From an uncultured bacterium (GTDB lineage Bacteria; UBA8481), in contig CAZCME010000004.1 of NCBI GenBank assembly GCA_964499705.1, positions 62,001 through 126,000 on the forward strand: DNA of 64,000 nt. Direction: 5' to 3'. The position numbers and the translations under genes are program-made. Below the pieces are notes generated by a model, which saw nothing but the letters and a program-made list of their open reading frames with translations, was not told where the DNA came from and searched no databases. Shown here piece by piece: positions 46,582 to 56,503 of the stretch. Position 1 is the stretch's first letter. Every line of letters begins with the position of its first letter.

Positions 46582-48581
46582 GGAACCCTGATCGCATGCG
46601 CGTCCGCGTAGGACGCCAGCAGGTCCCGGACTTTGCCCACGTCCCGGATCACCCGAAACTGGACGCTCTGCGCCGACCCGACGATCTGCTCTCGAATATC
46701 GCCGGTCGCGACAATGACGAGAAACCCATCCAGAGCGCGGCACTTGGAATTGATCTGCTGCAGTGACCACAGGACGGCCTCCATCATGAAGCCGACTCCG
46801 GTCAGATCGATGATGACGTGCTTGCGGCGTGGATTCATCCACTCCAGAACCTGCGACAGCAGGAGCCGGCCCGTCAGAGGCGCCAGCGTTCCGGTCAGGG
46901 AAAACCAGAGCGAGCATCCCTCGTCGCGGCATTGGACTTCGCAGAGATCGTTCCGTTCATCGATCACAGCGCCGATGAAGATCTCCACTAGTCTGCCGCT
47001 GAATTGCGTTCCCACGCATCGCCGCAGTTCTGCGGCGGCCGCCGCCGGCGCGATCATTTCCCGATAGGGCCTGTTCGTCGTCATGGCGTCGTAGGCGTCG
47101 GCGATCGAGACGATCTGGGCGGAAATCGGAATATCGTTTCCGCTCAGTCCGTCGGGATATCCGCCGCCATCCCAGCGCTCATGATGATGCCGCACGATAT
47201 GATAGGCGCCGCGGAGCAGATGCGCGCTCGTGATGATCTCCGCGCCGATCACCGTGTGCCTCTTCATGGCCTCGTACTCGTCTGGCAGGAGCGGTCCTGA
47301 TTTGAGAAGGACGGAATCGATCACGGCGATCTTTCCGATGTCGTGCAGAATCGCTCCGAGCCTGATGTCCTCGATGATCTCCCCTTCCAGGCCCGCGGCG
47401 CGGGCCAGAGCGACAGCATAGGCCATGACATTCTGCGTGTGCATCCCCGTGTAGGTATCCCTCATCTCGACGACATTTGCGAGCGTCGAGAGAATTTCGA
47501 GGTAAGCTTCCTGGGCGTCACCCGAGGATCTTGCCTGAAGAATCGCCAGCGACACGAGGTCCGCGAACGTTTCGAGCGTCGCGATCGTTTCCGCGAGGAT
47601 GTGCTCCTCCTCCCGGTCGCAGACCACGATGACGCCGATCGTCTGCTGATGCGCGCGGAGAGGGATGCAGGCGTATGGCCCGGACTCCCAGGAATCGGCG
47701 ACAGCCATATCATCATCGCGTTGGGCCGCGTCCCTGTTTTCCATGATGAAGAACTGACTCTCGCCGCGCGATACCGAACGCGCGATCGTAGACTCTGGCG
47801 TAGAACCGGCGTTATCGGCGATCATGTAATCCTGCGCGACGATGTTGAATTCCGCGAACCCGTCGGAGGCGATGCCCTGCAAGCGCGTGCCGGAGTGATT
47901 CACGAGAAAAACGGCGACGCCAGACAGGTGGAATTGTTCCCGGATTTCGCGGCAGACCGAGATCGCCTGCTGTTCGTATCCGCTCACCGCAAGAACGTTC
48001 CGGCTCATGCGCAGCCCGAGATGAACCCGGGAGATCTCCTTGATAAGCCTGTCGTCGGTCGCCTGGAGCGACTTGTTCAAGCTCGTGAGCGTCGTCCGCT
48101 CCTTGTCGCGAAGAAGGACGAGGCGGGCGAGATCGCCGAAGAGGCGAAGGTTATCGAGATCGGATTCCGTGAACGCATTCTTCTGATCGGAATACACGGT
48201 CAAGGAGCCCTTCGCGGATCCGAGAGCCAGTGGGACGGAGATCGACGAGGCTTTTCTGTTCCCGGACATTCTTTTCCCCACGCGCGCCGGATCCCATGGC
48301 GCCGACCATGCGATTTCTGGGATGAGGACGCCATCGCCGTTCGCCAGCGAAATAGTTCCACCGCGCGCGCCCGTCATGATCGAGGCTTCCTCGATCACCC
48401 GTTCCGCAAGAGCCGAGGAATTCACATCGGAGAGAATTCCCGACACCACTTCGAGAATCCTCGTGACATCCGATCGTCCCGATCCTCCTGATCCGCTCAT
48501 CTCGTCATCGCACGTTATGTGAAGGGGCAAGCTTTCCGGGGCGGAAAGACATATTTCCCCGCGATCGAAGTTATTGCGCAT
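46578..48581 (-). CDS. GAF-GAF-HD-GYP phosphodiesterase with C-terminal STAS domain (start approximate)
   Basis: RDTYTGMH, LHDIGK, HHERWDGGGYP, DAYDAMTTNRPYR; IIDLTGVGFM. Confidence 0.9.
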   Translation of the reverse strand: MRNNFDRGEICLSAPESLPLHITCDDEMSGSGGSGRSDVTRILEVVSGILSDVNSSALAERVIEEASIMTGARGGTISLANGDGVLIPEIAWSAPWDPARVGKRMSGNRKASSISVPLALGSAKGSLTVYSDQKNAFTESDLDNLRLFGDLARLVLLRDKERTTLTSLNKSLQATDDRLIKEISRVHLGLRMSRNVLAVSGYEQQAISVCREIREQFHLSGVAVFLVNHSGTRLQGIASDGFAEFNIVAQDYMIADNAGSTPESTIARSVSRGESQFFIMENRDAAQRDDDMAVADSWESGPYACIPLRAHQQTIGVIVVCDREEEHILAETIATLETFADLVSLAILQARSSGDAQEAYLEILSTLANVVEMRDTYTGMHTQNVMAYAVALARAAGLEGEIIEDIRLGAILHDIGKIAVIDSVLLKSGPLLPDEYEAMKRHTVIGAEIITSAHLLRGAYHIVRHHHERWDGGGYPDGLSGNDIPISAQIVSIADAYDAMTTNRPYREMIAPAAAAAELRRCVGTQFSGRLVEIFIGAVIDERNDLCEVQCRDEGCSLWFSLTGTLAPLTGRLLLSQVLEWMNPRRKHVIIDLTGVGFMMEAVLWSLQQINSKCRALDGFLVIVATGDIREQIVGSAQSVQFRVIRDVGKVRDLLASYADAHAIRVP

Positions 48582-49998
48582 CGAGCGGCCGCGATTCTGC
48601 CTCTGTTTCGTACAACGCTGCGAATGTCCGCGGACCGGCGGCGCCATATTCCGGAATTCGCTGATCTCTTTGATAAGCCATGAGCGCGCTCTGCGTCGCC
48701 CGCCCGAATTTATCCGTTGGCGATTCCTTGAAATATCCCAGCTCCGCAAGCCGCAACTGCAACCGCGTCACATCCGGCCCGCGCATGTTCCCTTCCAGGC
48801 GCCTGACGCGAACCGTCGATACTTCCGGCGCCGCAAGAACGATTGGCAACGCGGGGTTTTCCGGCTCCGGTTGAAGAGGCTCTTCGAGTACGGCGATCGG
48901 CTCAACCGCCATCTCCCCGACAAAAGTGTCCGCGGCGCCATCGGAAACGGGTTCCGCAGCGACCAGTGCCACCTCGGCCGCGGCCGGCAGCACGGGCACG
49001 GCGGAAGCAAGCCCGGGAGGCACGACATACTGTCGCGCCGCAAAACCTGTGAGGGCCACGAAGAGAATCCACGCGATCGCGGTGCTGTATTTTCGCTCTC
49101 GCGTTCGCCTGTCGTACGGCAGCGCCATGGCTTTGGCGGCGAGGACGATATCCTTCGTGCTGATTTCACGGCGGTGATTCGTCAGGCAGATTTGAAGCGC
49201 ATTGCCCGCCACGATATTGATGCGCCGCGGAAGACCGCTCGAAGCGCGATGCAGGCATGCGACCGCTTTGTTCGACAGCGTGACGGGCTGCACCGGACGG
49301 CTCGCCACGAGGCGATGCCGGACATAGGCTTCGGTTTCCGCAAGCGTCAGCGGATTCAGATGATACTGCGCTCCGATGCGCGAAGCGAACGCCTGCAGCT
49401 CGGGCCGAAGCAACCTTTCCCGCAACTGATCCTGGCCGAAAAGCAGAAACCTGACGCCTTTTCCCGCTTCGGATTTCAGATTCGACAGCATCCGTACAAG
49501 TTCCAGCGTCTCGTCCGACAGATGCTGCGCCTCGTCGATGATGATGACGGTCTTCCGGCCCGCGCCGTGATTCGCATCGAGCCGGTCGCCGATCGCTCTC
49601 AGGAGCTGCCTGCGTTCCAACTCCGGCCGACCGGATTCCCGATTTTCCGGCATTCCGAGGTCGCCGGCGATTTCCAGGAGAAGTTCGTCGGGCTTCAGGC
49701 AGGTGTTCATGATCATTGCGACTTCGAAATCGGGCGGAAGGTCCGCGATGACACGATGCAGAAGCGTGGTCTTGCCGGAGCCGACCTCGCCCGTGACCAC
49801 GCCGAATCCCGTGTCGGAAAGGATCGTATTCAGCAGACCTTTTCTCACATCGTCGAAATGGGGATGCGCGAAGATCATCCGGGAGTCGGGCGCGATGCCG
49901 AACGGAGGAATCGCGAATGAAACCTCCGCATCGATCTTCGTTCCCTGCTGCACCTGGTGAAGGGGCGATTCGTCGCCCAATTCCGCGCGCGTCGTCAT
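48571..49998 (-). CDS. ExeA/GspA (MshM-like) AAA ATPase with a C-terminal peptidoglycan-binding domain
   Basis: GEVGSGKTT, IIDEAQHL, SGLPRRIN; GPDVTRLQLRLAELGY...GPRT. Confidence 0.9.
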   Translation of the reverse strand: MTTRAELGDESPLHQVQQGTKIDAEVSFAIPPFGIAPDSRMIFAHPHFDDVRKGLLNTILSDTGFGVVTGEVGSGKTTLLHRVIADLPPDFEVAMIMNTCLKPDELLLEIAGDLGMPENRESGRPELERRQLLRAIGDRLDANHGAGRKTVIIIDEAQHLSDETLELVRMLSNLKSEAGKGVRFLLFGQDQLRERLLRPELQAFASRIGAQYHLNPLTLAETEAYVRHRLVASRPVQPVTLSNKAVACLHRASSGLPRRINIVAGNALQICLTNHRREISTKDIVLAAKAMALPYDRRTRERKYSTAIAWILFVALTGFAARQYVVPPGLASAVPVLPAAAEVALVAAEPVSDGAADTFVGEMAVEPIAVLEEPLQPEPENPALPIVLAAPEVSTVRVRRLEGNMRGPDVTRLQLRLAELGYFKESPTDKFGRATQSALMAYQRDQRIPEYGAAGPRTFAALYETEAESRPLDAQ

Positions 49999-51305
49999 AT
50001 ATTCCGCGGACAGGCTAGCCTGTCCTCTGCTTCCGCGATGGACTCGCGACCGATGATCAGAAGCGCGAGATCGTCAGCCGCCGGCCGGCCTTCATGCAAT
50101 CCCCGGATCGTCGCCCTGATTTTCGGAATAGCGACGCGAAGAGAATTTTTCCTGAGGTGAACATCCAATATTTCATAAAGCCCGGCCTCATCGAGCATCT
50201 GACCGGCGGCGTCGGTCACTTCGAACGCGCCGTCCGAGAAAGCGCAGAAACAATCCTCCGGCCCGAGTTCCGTATCACGATCCGCATATTCGCTCCGGTC
50301 AAAAAGCCCCAGCATCGGCGAGTCCTCTTCGAATGTCGTCCATTGCCCATCGAGCCGGACGCGCGGAAACGGATGTCCCGCGCTCGACCAGCAAAGCCTC
50401 CTGAATCCGACGGAATCGAATCCGATCACGATCGCCGTCACCAGAAAATGCCGCGGCATCCAGTTCCGCCACCGCTCGTTCACCATGCGAAGCAATTCCG
50501 AGGGACCGCTCGCGCGCGGAGCCAGGCTCAGGAATGTCGCCCGCAACAGGCTCGATACGGCCCCGGCCGTGATGCCCTTGCCGCACACATCGGCGATGAC
50601 ATACCCGATGCCGCCACTCGAGAATTCGATTTCTTCCAGTACGTCTCCGCCCAGGCAATACACTTCTTCCAGATGTCCCCATGCTCTCCATCCCGCTGGC
50701 GCTTTGAACTCCACGCCCTTGATGAACGGATCGCGCCGCTGTCTCGTCAACTCGTCTCCGAGCCTCGCCACCGCCGCGCTTCCCCCGATCCTTTCCTCCA
50801 GATCCCGCAGGCGGGCTCGCTCGATCGGAGTCCGGATCACACGATTGATCCGCGTGACGACATCGTTCAGAGCAAACGGCTTGGGAATGTAATCTTCGAT
50901 GTGCTTCATCGTCTCCTTCATGTGCGAGGCGATTCCGGATCGCGCGGTCAGGAGAATCACAGGAACGGAAGGAGGCTGTTGAGCATTATGCTTGATGAAT
51001 TCGGATCCCATGCCGTCAGGTAGTTCCCAATCGAGGAGGACGACAGCAAAGCGATGTTCCGCCAGCCGCTCGCGCGCCTCCTGAACGCTCCTGGCCACGC
51101 TCACCCGGAAGTAAGTTTCCAGACCGATGGTGAGGACTTCGACGATCAAGGGATCGTCGTCGACGAGCAGAATGCGGGGAGTCAGCTGGGTCGGAGATCC
51201 TGAATCCCAGGCGCGCCTGTCCGCAATTCGAGATTCTGATGTTGGATCGTTGAAGTTGGAATTGTTGATTTCGAATATAGGATTTAGGTTTTCGGATTTT
51301 AACAT
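49995..51305 (-). CDS. Receiver plus PP2C (SpoIIE/RsbU-like) phosphatase
   Basis: LLVDDD, LDWELPDG; GGD, ADVCGKG, SAGHP, FSDG, DDLA. Confidence 0.9.
   Translation of the reverse strand: MLKSENLNPIFEINNSNFNDPTSESRIADRRAWDSGSPTQLTPRILLVDDDPLIVEVLTIGLETYFRVSVARSVQEARERLAEHRFAVVLLDWELPDGMGSEFIKHNAQQPPSVPVILLTARSGIASHMKETMKHIEDYIPKPFALNDVVTRINRVIRTPIERARLRDLEERIGGSAAVARLGDELTRQRRDPFIKGVEFKAPAGWRAWGHLEEVYCLGGDVLEEIEFSSGGIGYVIADVCGKGITAGAVSSLLRATFLSLAPRASGPSELLRMVNERWRNWMPRHFLVTAIVIGFDSVGFRRLCWSSAGHPFPRVRLDGQWTTFEEDSPMLGLFDRSEYADRDTELGPEDCFCAFSDGAFEVTDAAGQMLDEAGLYEILDVHLRKNSLRVAIPKIRATIRGLHEGRPAADDLALLIIGRESIAEAEDRLACPRNI
51224..51300. repeat. Degenerate 7-nt repeat tract
   Basis: AT-rich heptamer-periodic tract such as GATTTCG AATATAG GATTTAG GTTTTCG GATTTTA. 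Confidence 0.65.
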
Positions 51306-53227
51306 ATATCCGCCACCCAGAAGTCGATCGACTGGGGATAGCTCGCCTGCATTCTCCGCAGATCGTCCGCGGGAAGTTCCCAGATCCTGTCAGCGTCGAT
51401 TCCGAAACCCGGAGCAAGAAACCTCGACGTTCTGTTTGCATAGTACGCGGTTTTCCGCAAAGTCCGAGGAGGACAATCCACGCTGAAGGAACCGATGGGG
51501 GCCGTCTTTCTTTCAGCTCCATGAAGCGGCAGCCCGCGAACAAAGCCGATGTTGGGCCCGTCGCCCGAGTACAGAATCCAACCCGATTGCGGTATGAACC
51601 GCGCGAATGCGATATAGAACGGATCGACGAATGTGACGAGCTTCCGCGCGTGTTCGGCGATCCCGCACGCGATCGCATCGATATCATCCGGACAATCCTC
51701 GATCGCCAGCGCGGCAAGACCCGCGACATGAGAGGCCGCGATGACCGATGAGATGCCGGTCTTGACGCCGCGGCCCAGGACGACGAGACAGGAACCGTTC
51801 TCCGCGTGCGCTTCCATGCGGAAGAAGGAACCGAGCGAGAGAGGTCCCCAGCGCATCCATCCGGCCAGACGTGGAGCCGCAGCGGCCGCGCTCCACGGAT
51901 CGACACTACCGGTCGGAGGCAGCGAAGCCCGATGAGAACCGAGGAAAAATGTATTCAGATCCTGAAGTTCGTCGATCTGGTCCGCGATATTCTGCGCCAA
52001 TAGTTCGGGCTCGAATCGCCGCCCGAGCGCTCTCAGCAACGACAAGCTCCCGGGCGCCCCGCGATGCCTGTCCAGAACGTGACGGATTCGGAATGCCAGC
52101 TCGTTCGTGTCCATCGGGATGGGACAGAAATCGTCGATATCTTCCTGCTGCGCGACGAACCGCGTCTCGAAATCGGAGCCGCGGCCGGTCAGGATCAGGG
52201 GGATCGTGACCCAGGCCGGATCCGATCGGATCGACCAGAACAGATCGTCTCCCTCCTCGAACGGCAGATCCATCGAAAGGATCACGAGGTCGGGCCGGTG
52301 GCGCTGCATTTCATTCTGAACGGCAAGAATATCGCGGGCGATCCTGAGATCGATCTTCATGCCGTCGATCGCCTTCCGGACTTGCCGGGTGAAGAGAGGA
52401 TCGCGCTCGACAAGAAGCACGCGCGAACGGTCCGATGATTTCGCCTCGCCCCACGCCAGTCGATCCAGGATCCCGCAGCTTGTGAGCGACCGACGGATGT
52501 TGTCGCGGATTCCGGTCACTTCGAGAACCGAGCCTTGTGATTTCAGACGGTCGGCAAGAGCCAGAATTTCCTGAATGCCGGCAGCATCGATGGAGGAAAG
52601 GCCCGAGAGATCGATCTTGACGCGCATGGATACGAGCTCGTCGATGTCGATCTTCCAGACACGATCCGCGTCGAGAGAACCGTAGAGAAAGAGCTCGCAT
52701 CCTTCCGCGGTCTCGCGCCTCAACACATGAAATGTCTCCTGGGTCGCGTGACGTTCGCGTCGCCGGCCCAGAAAACGGATCATCCGGAAGGAATTTTCTT
52801 CCGGACGGATGCGCATCTCCACGCGGTCCATGACCTGCGCGATGAGCCTGAGACCGAGGCCGCCGGAGCGCACGTCATCGGGATCGCGGGAGATGAACCT
52901 GTCGGTTTCCGGAGGGCGCCCTCCGTCGACGATGCAGATTTCCAGAGCCATTCCCGGCGCGCCGTTGGCGCCCATGCCGTCGGCCAGGAAGATTCGGGCT
53001 TTCAGGGTGATCGGCGTGGAATCTCCTTCAGCGAGAGCATGATCCATCACGTTGGCTATGGCCTCCGTCAACGCGAGGCGAATGTCGTGCATCTCGTCAT
53101 CCAGTTCGTGTCCATCGACAACCCGATTCACGAGCGGTTTCAAGGAAGCCGCGGCCGACTTTCCGGTTGTTGCCGACGGTGTCAGCACAAGCGTCACGGG
53201 ATCCGGCTCCAGGAGGACGGTATTCAC
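51299..53227 (-). CDS. RsbW-like Ser kinase-STAS-pseudoreceiver-degenerate PP2C fusion
   Basis: LALTEAIANVMDHA, DGG, GGLGL; IDLSGLSSIDAAGI; VLLVERD..LVILSMDLP; decayed PP2C-like tail. Confidence 0.82.
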   Translation of the reverse strand: MNTVLLEPDPVTLVLTPSATTGKSAAASLKPLVNRVVDGHELDDEMHDIRLALTEAIANVMDHALAEGDSTPITLKARIFLADGMGANGAPGMALEICIVDGGRPPETDRFISRDPDDVRSGGLGLRLIAQVMDRVEMRIRPEENSFRMIRFLGRRRERHATQETFHVLRRETAEGCELFLYGSLDADRVWKIDIDELVSMRVKIDLSGLSSIDAAGIQEILALADRLKSQGSVLEVTGIRDNIRRSLTSCGILDRLAWGEAKSSDRSRVLLVERDPLFTRQVRKAIDGMKIDLRIARDILAVQNEMQRHRPDLVILSMDLPFEEGDDLFWSIRSDPAWVTIPLILTGRGSDFETRFVAQQEDIDDFCPIPMDTNELAFRIRHVLDRHRGAPGSLSLLRALGRRFEPELLAQNIADQIDELQDLNTFFLGSHRASLPPTGSVDPWSAAAAAPRLAGWMRWGPLSLGSFFRMEAHAENGSCLVVLGRGVKTGISSVIAASHVAGLAALAIEDCPDDIDAIACGIAEHARKLVTFVDPFYIAFARFIPQSGWILYSGDGPNIGFVRGLPLHGAERKTAPIGSFSVDCPPRTLRKTAYYANRTSRFLAPGFGIDADRIWELPADDLRRMQASYPQSIDFWVADIC

Positions 53228-53643
53228 AGATCGTTCGCGATCAAGTCCGTGCGATCATGGTAATGTTGCGCCTTGACGCCGTAGGATGCTTCCGCGGCAG
53301 TTACATCCGGACACTGCTCGATGTATTTATCCAACCGAGTGACTTTCAGAATCCGCAGGATGCGCGCGCCGGCGCCCGCGAACACGACCTTTCCCCCCAG
53401 CTTGGTCGCGGCGTCCTGGAGATCGACCATCATGGACAGGCCGGTCGAATCGATGAACTCGAGGCTCGACAGATCCATGATGATCCTGGCATGCCCCTCA
53501 TCGATCTTCTTTTTGACATCGGTCAGCATCTTCTTCGAGACGTTGACGTCGATCTCCTTGAAGGGATGGACAATCAGCAGATCCCCCTTCAGTTCCATCG
53601 TGACGGAGTTGCCCGTTTTTTCGGATTCCATATTCTCCCTCAT
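53224..53643 (-). CDS. STAS anti-sigma factor antagonist
   Basis: MDLSSLEFIDSTGL; ILKVTRLD. Confidence 0.92.
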   Translation of the reverse strand: MRENMESEKTGNSVTMELKGDLLIVHPFKEIDVNVSKKMLTDVKKKIDEGHARIIMDLSSLEFIDSTGLSMMVDLQDAATKLGGKVVFAGAGARILRILKVTRLDKYIEQCPDVTAAEASYGVKAQHYHDRTDLIANDL

Positions 53644-55844
53644 GGCGTTGCGCCAACTGGCACGGCGGATTCACGGCGCCGGGCGGCCGAATTTCCATCA
53701 TTTCCATCAAGATCCGACTGCGCAGACGGATCCGTATTTTTTTCAGGGCCGGTGAAACGCCGGAGGCGATCCATCCAGCGGGCATCTTCATCCCTGAATT
53801 CCTGTATCCATCGTCCAGTCGGCGCTTCATCCGGCCCCTCGATGACTGTTTCCAGGGTAGGCATTCCGCTGTCGCCGACGATGTAGGGAGTGATGAAGAC
53901 CATGAGATTTCGCCGGCCGGACGCCTTGTTGCGGGAACGGAAAAGCTTCCCGATGAAAGGAAGATTTCCGAGAAACGGAACCTGCTCGGTCGCATCCGTC
54001 GAATTCTGCGAATACAATCCGCCGATCACCGCGGTGCGGCCGTCCTCGATCATGATCCTCGTGGTCGCTTCGCTCGTGTTGATCCGCGGAATGCCGTTGA
54101 TCTCGCTGGGAGACGCGCTGGAATTCTCCGGGTGGACGTTCAGCATCACCCTGTTGCCCGGAAGGACGACGGGCGTCACCTTCAACACGATGCCGACATC
54201 GATGAACGTGACATTTTCGGAGACGACGCCATTCGACGTCGTCGTGGTGCGGATCGGTTCCTTCGTTCCCACAATGATGACGGCATCCTCGCGGTCCATG
54301 ACCATGATCTCCGGCGCGGAAAGCAAGATGGAATTTCCATGCGCCTGCAGAAAATTGAATGTCGCGGAGATGGAAGTGACGTTCAGGGTGCCGGGGATGA
54401 TGCCGTCACCAAGTACAGGACCGTTGCCGAACGGCTCATCGGGCCGCAGCGGCAGCTTGCTGATCTGGCTGACTCCGGAGACGGAGGCGGTGAGGCTGTT
54501 GGACCAGTCCACGCCGATGATGTCGCCCGCGTTGACGGATGTCTCGATGATCCTCGCCTTCAGCAAGATCTGCGGTGTCGGCTTGTCCAGCGTCTGAATG
54601 AGCCGGAGTGTTCTGGCCAAAGTCGTCCGATCGGGTGCGCGGAGAAGGACGGAATGAGACCGCGGATCGGCGATCACAGTGATCTTGTCATCCGCGAGCA
54701 TGGCCTGCAGAAGCGTCACGACATCCTTCGGATCCGCGTAACGGAGCGGAACATTGGAGAGAAACGGACGGCCTTCGCCGTCCAATGGCCTCTGGCTTTC
54801 CCTCCTCGAGATCTCTGCCGCCATGGCGCGGATCGTCTCCGCTTCGCCCGGCTGAGAAGCCGTGTACAGGATCGCATGACTCTGCTGGTCGTACAGCAGA
54901 AGAGAAGGCTCGGCGACGTAACTTTTTAAAAGAGTCACCAGAGCCTCGCCATTGGCGTCGCCCACCGGAATGACGACGCGCGTCGTAGGTATGAACTTGT
55001 CGGGAACGACCCGGATCAGATTGCCGTCGATCAGCCACCCGAATCCGGAACCCTTGAGGAGCGCATTCAGGGCATCGGAAACCGTAACGTCGTCGAGCCG
55101 AACGGTGGTGGTCACCTTGAGATTCGGATCGATGACAAGGTTCATGCTCGACTGCTCAGCAATCGCATGAAGAATCTCCGTAAGATCCGTGTTCGTGAAC
55201 CTCAGAGATATCCGACTCGTCGGCGATCGGGAGTCCGCGTCGCCGGCGAGCTGCGCGGCGATCGATGCGGGCGCGGGAAGATGACGGAGCGAACTCGATA
55301 CGGTCACGACAAGCTCCGACATGCCGGAGGCAATCCTGATGTCGGGTCGCCGCATGCCGGTTCCGCTCTCCGTCGCAACAGGAACCGATGCCATCCGGAT
55401 CGTCACGCGCGCCATCGGAGGCTCCACAAGCAACTGGCTGGTTCTCACCGAATACACGGGCCATCCTCTCCATGCGCGATTGTTCCGCGCTAATGTATCG
55501 CCGGCATCGCTTTCGAAGACGGGTTCGGAGCCATAGGCGATGTCCGCCGCGTACATCGGATCGTCGAAGGACATGGTGGCGGGATCGAGACTCATGACAC
55601 GCGCCAGCGTCACCCCGGGAAGATCCATGATGAAGTATTCTCCGGAGGGACGCGTGACCCAGAACGTTTCATAAGTCAGCTCGCCCATGCCGATCAATCG
55701 CAGCTCGACCCGATCCTCCGTAACATGCATACGGATATCGTTGAGCCTCGCGCCGGCGGGTACCGGTTCGCCTTCGGCCCCCACCTGCCCGGCCATCGCA
55801 TAAGCGGCCAGCAGCAAGCCGCAGGCAAGTAGTGTCGTCTTCAT
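53640..55844 (-). CDS. pilQ: Secretin (PilQ-like)
   Basis: Signal peptide; ISLRFTNTDL; LDKPTPQILLKARIIE; VGIVLKVTP; VPFLGNLPFIGKLF; FITP. Confidence 0.88.
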   Translation of the reverse strand: MKTTLLACGLLLAAYAMAGQVGAEGEPVPAGARLNDIRMHVTEDRVELRLIGMGELTYETFWVTRPSGEYFIMDLPGVTLARVMSLDPATMSFDDPMYAADIAYGSEPVFESDAGDTLARNNRAWRGWPVYSVRTSQLLVEPPMARVTIRMASVPVATESGTGMRRPDIRIASGMSELVVTVSSSLRHLPAPASIAAQLAGDADSRSPTSRISLRFTNTDLTEILHAIAEQSSMNLVIDPNLKVTTTVRLDDVTVSDALNALLKGSGFGWLIDGNLIRVVPDKFIPTTRVVIPVGDANGEALVTLLKSYVAEPSLLLYDQQSHAILYTASQPGEAETIRAMAAEISRRESQRPLDGEGRPFLSNVPLRYADPKDVVTLLQAMLADDKITVIADPRSHSVLLRAPDRTTLARTLRLIQTLDKPTPQILLKARIIETSVNAGDIIGVDWSNSLTASVSGVSQISKLPLRPDEPFGNGPVLGDGIIPGTLNVTSISATFNFLQAHGNSILLSAPEIMVMDREDAVIIVGTKEPIRTTTTSNGVVSENVTFIDVGIVLKVTPVVLPGNRVMLNVHPENSSASPSEINGIPRINTSEATTRIMIEDGRTAVIGGLYSQNSTDATEQVPFLGNLPFIGKLFRSRNKASGRRNLMVFITPYIVGDSGMPTLETVIEGPDEAPTGRWIQEFRDEDARWMDRLRRFTGPEKNTDPSAQSDLDGNDGNSAARRRESAVPVGATP

Positions 55845-56503
55845 CCGTTTCGTCTCCCGTCTTTCACATTGATCCGGCGTGTCGCGCCGGATCGATGCAT
55901 GAGAACTGCTCCATGCTGATCCGCGCGGGCGAGCCTTACGTCGGTCGTGATCCACTCGCCTTCCCGGATCACGCATCCATTGATCACCGCTGCCCATCGT
56001 TCTTGCGCGTCGCGCAGCATTCCGGAGAGCTTGATATCGGGCCAGGTCACCTCGATCGGCGCCGCCTCTTCGGGAGAAATCGCATCCAGGATCGGCGCCA
56101 CGAGCTCGATCGTCGAAACAATATGATCCGCCAGTTGAAGTGCGGATTCTCGCACAGGAATGTGCGCTCTTTTCCTCGGAGCACGTACCGGCTCGGCATG
56201 CTCTTCCCCAGGAAGGCCGCCCGGCATCTGAAACGGATCGCGCTCGATGACCTGCACTTCGAACTCGTCCGAATCCGGTTCGTCGTTATTGTCGAAATCG
56301 CTCGCCACGAATGCCCTGATCGGCGCGGCCGAAGCGGTGGAGGAAACTTCCTGCCCGCAAGCGGAAGTGAGGACGAGGAAAAGCGCAAAGATACAGAAGG
56401 CAGAAATCTTAAATCGTAAATCGGGAATTCGAGTATGCCATTTAAGATTTAAGATTTGAGATTTTAGATTTAAGATTTCTGATTTGATTCTGCTCTTCAT
56501 CAT
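55841..56503 (-). CDS. PilP-position protein
   Basis: Between pilO and the secretin; LTSAC lipobox-like; RDPF; LSGML..AVING. Confidence 0.65.
   Translation of the reverse strand: MMKSRIKSEILNLKSQILNLKWHTRIPDLRFKISAFCIFALFLVLTSACGQEVSSTASAAPIRAFVASDFDNNDEPDSDEFEVQVIERDPFQMPGGLPGEEHAEPVRAPRKRAHIPVRESALQLADHIVSTIELVAPILDAISPEEAAPIEVTWPDIKLSGMLRDAQERWAAVINGCVIREGEWITTDVRLARADQHGAVLMHRSGATRRINVKDGRRNG
56403..56490. repeat. 7-nt tandem repeats in inverted arrangement
   Basis: AAATCTT AAATCGT AAATCGG ... TTTAAGA TTTAAGA TTTGAGA TTTTAGA TTTAAGA TTTCTGA. Confidence 0.85.
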
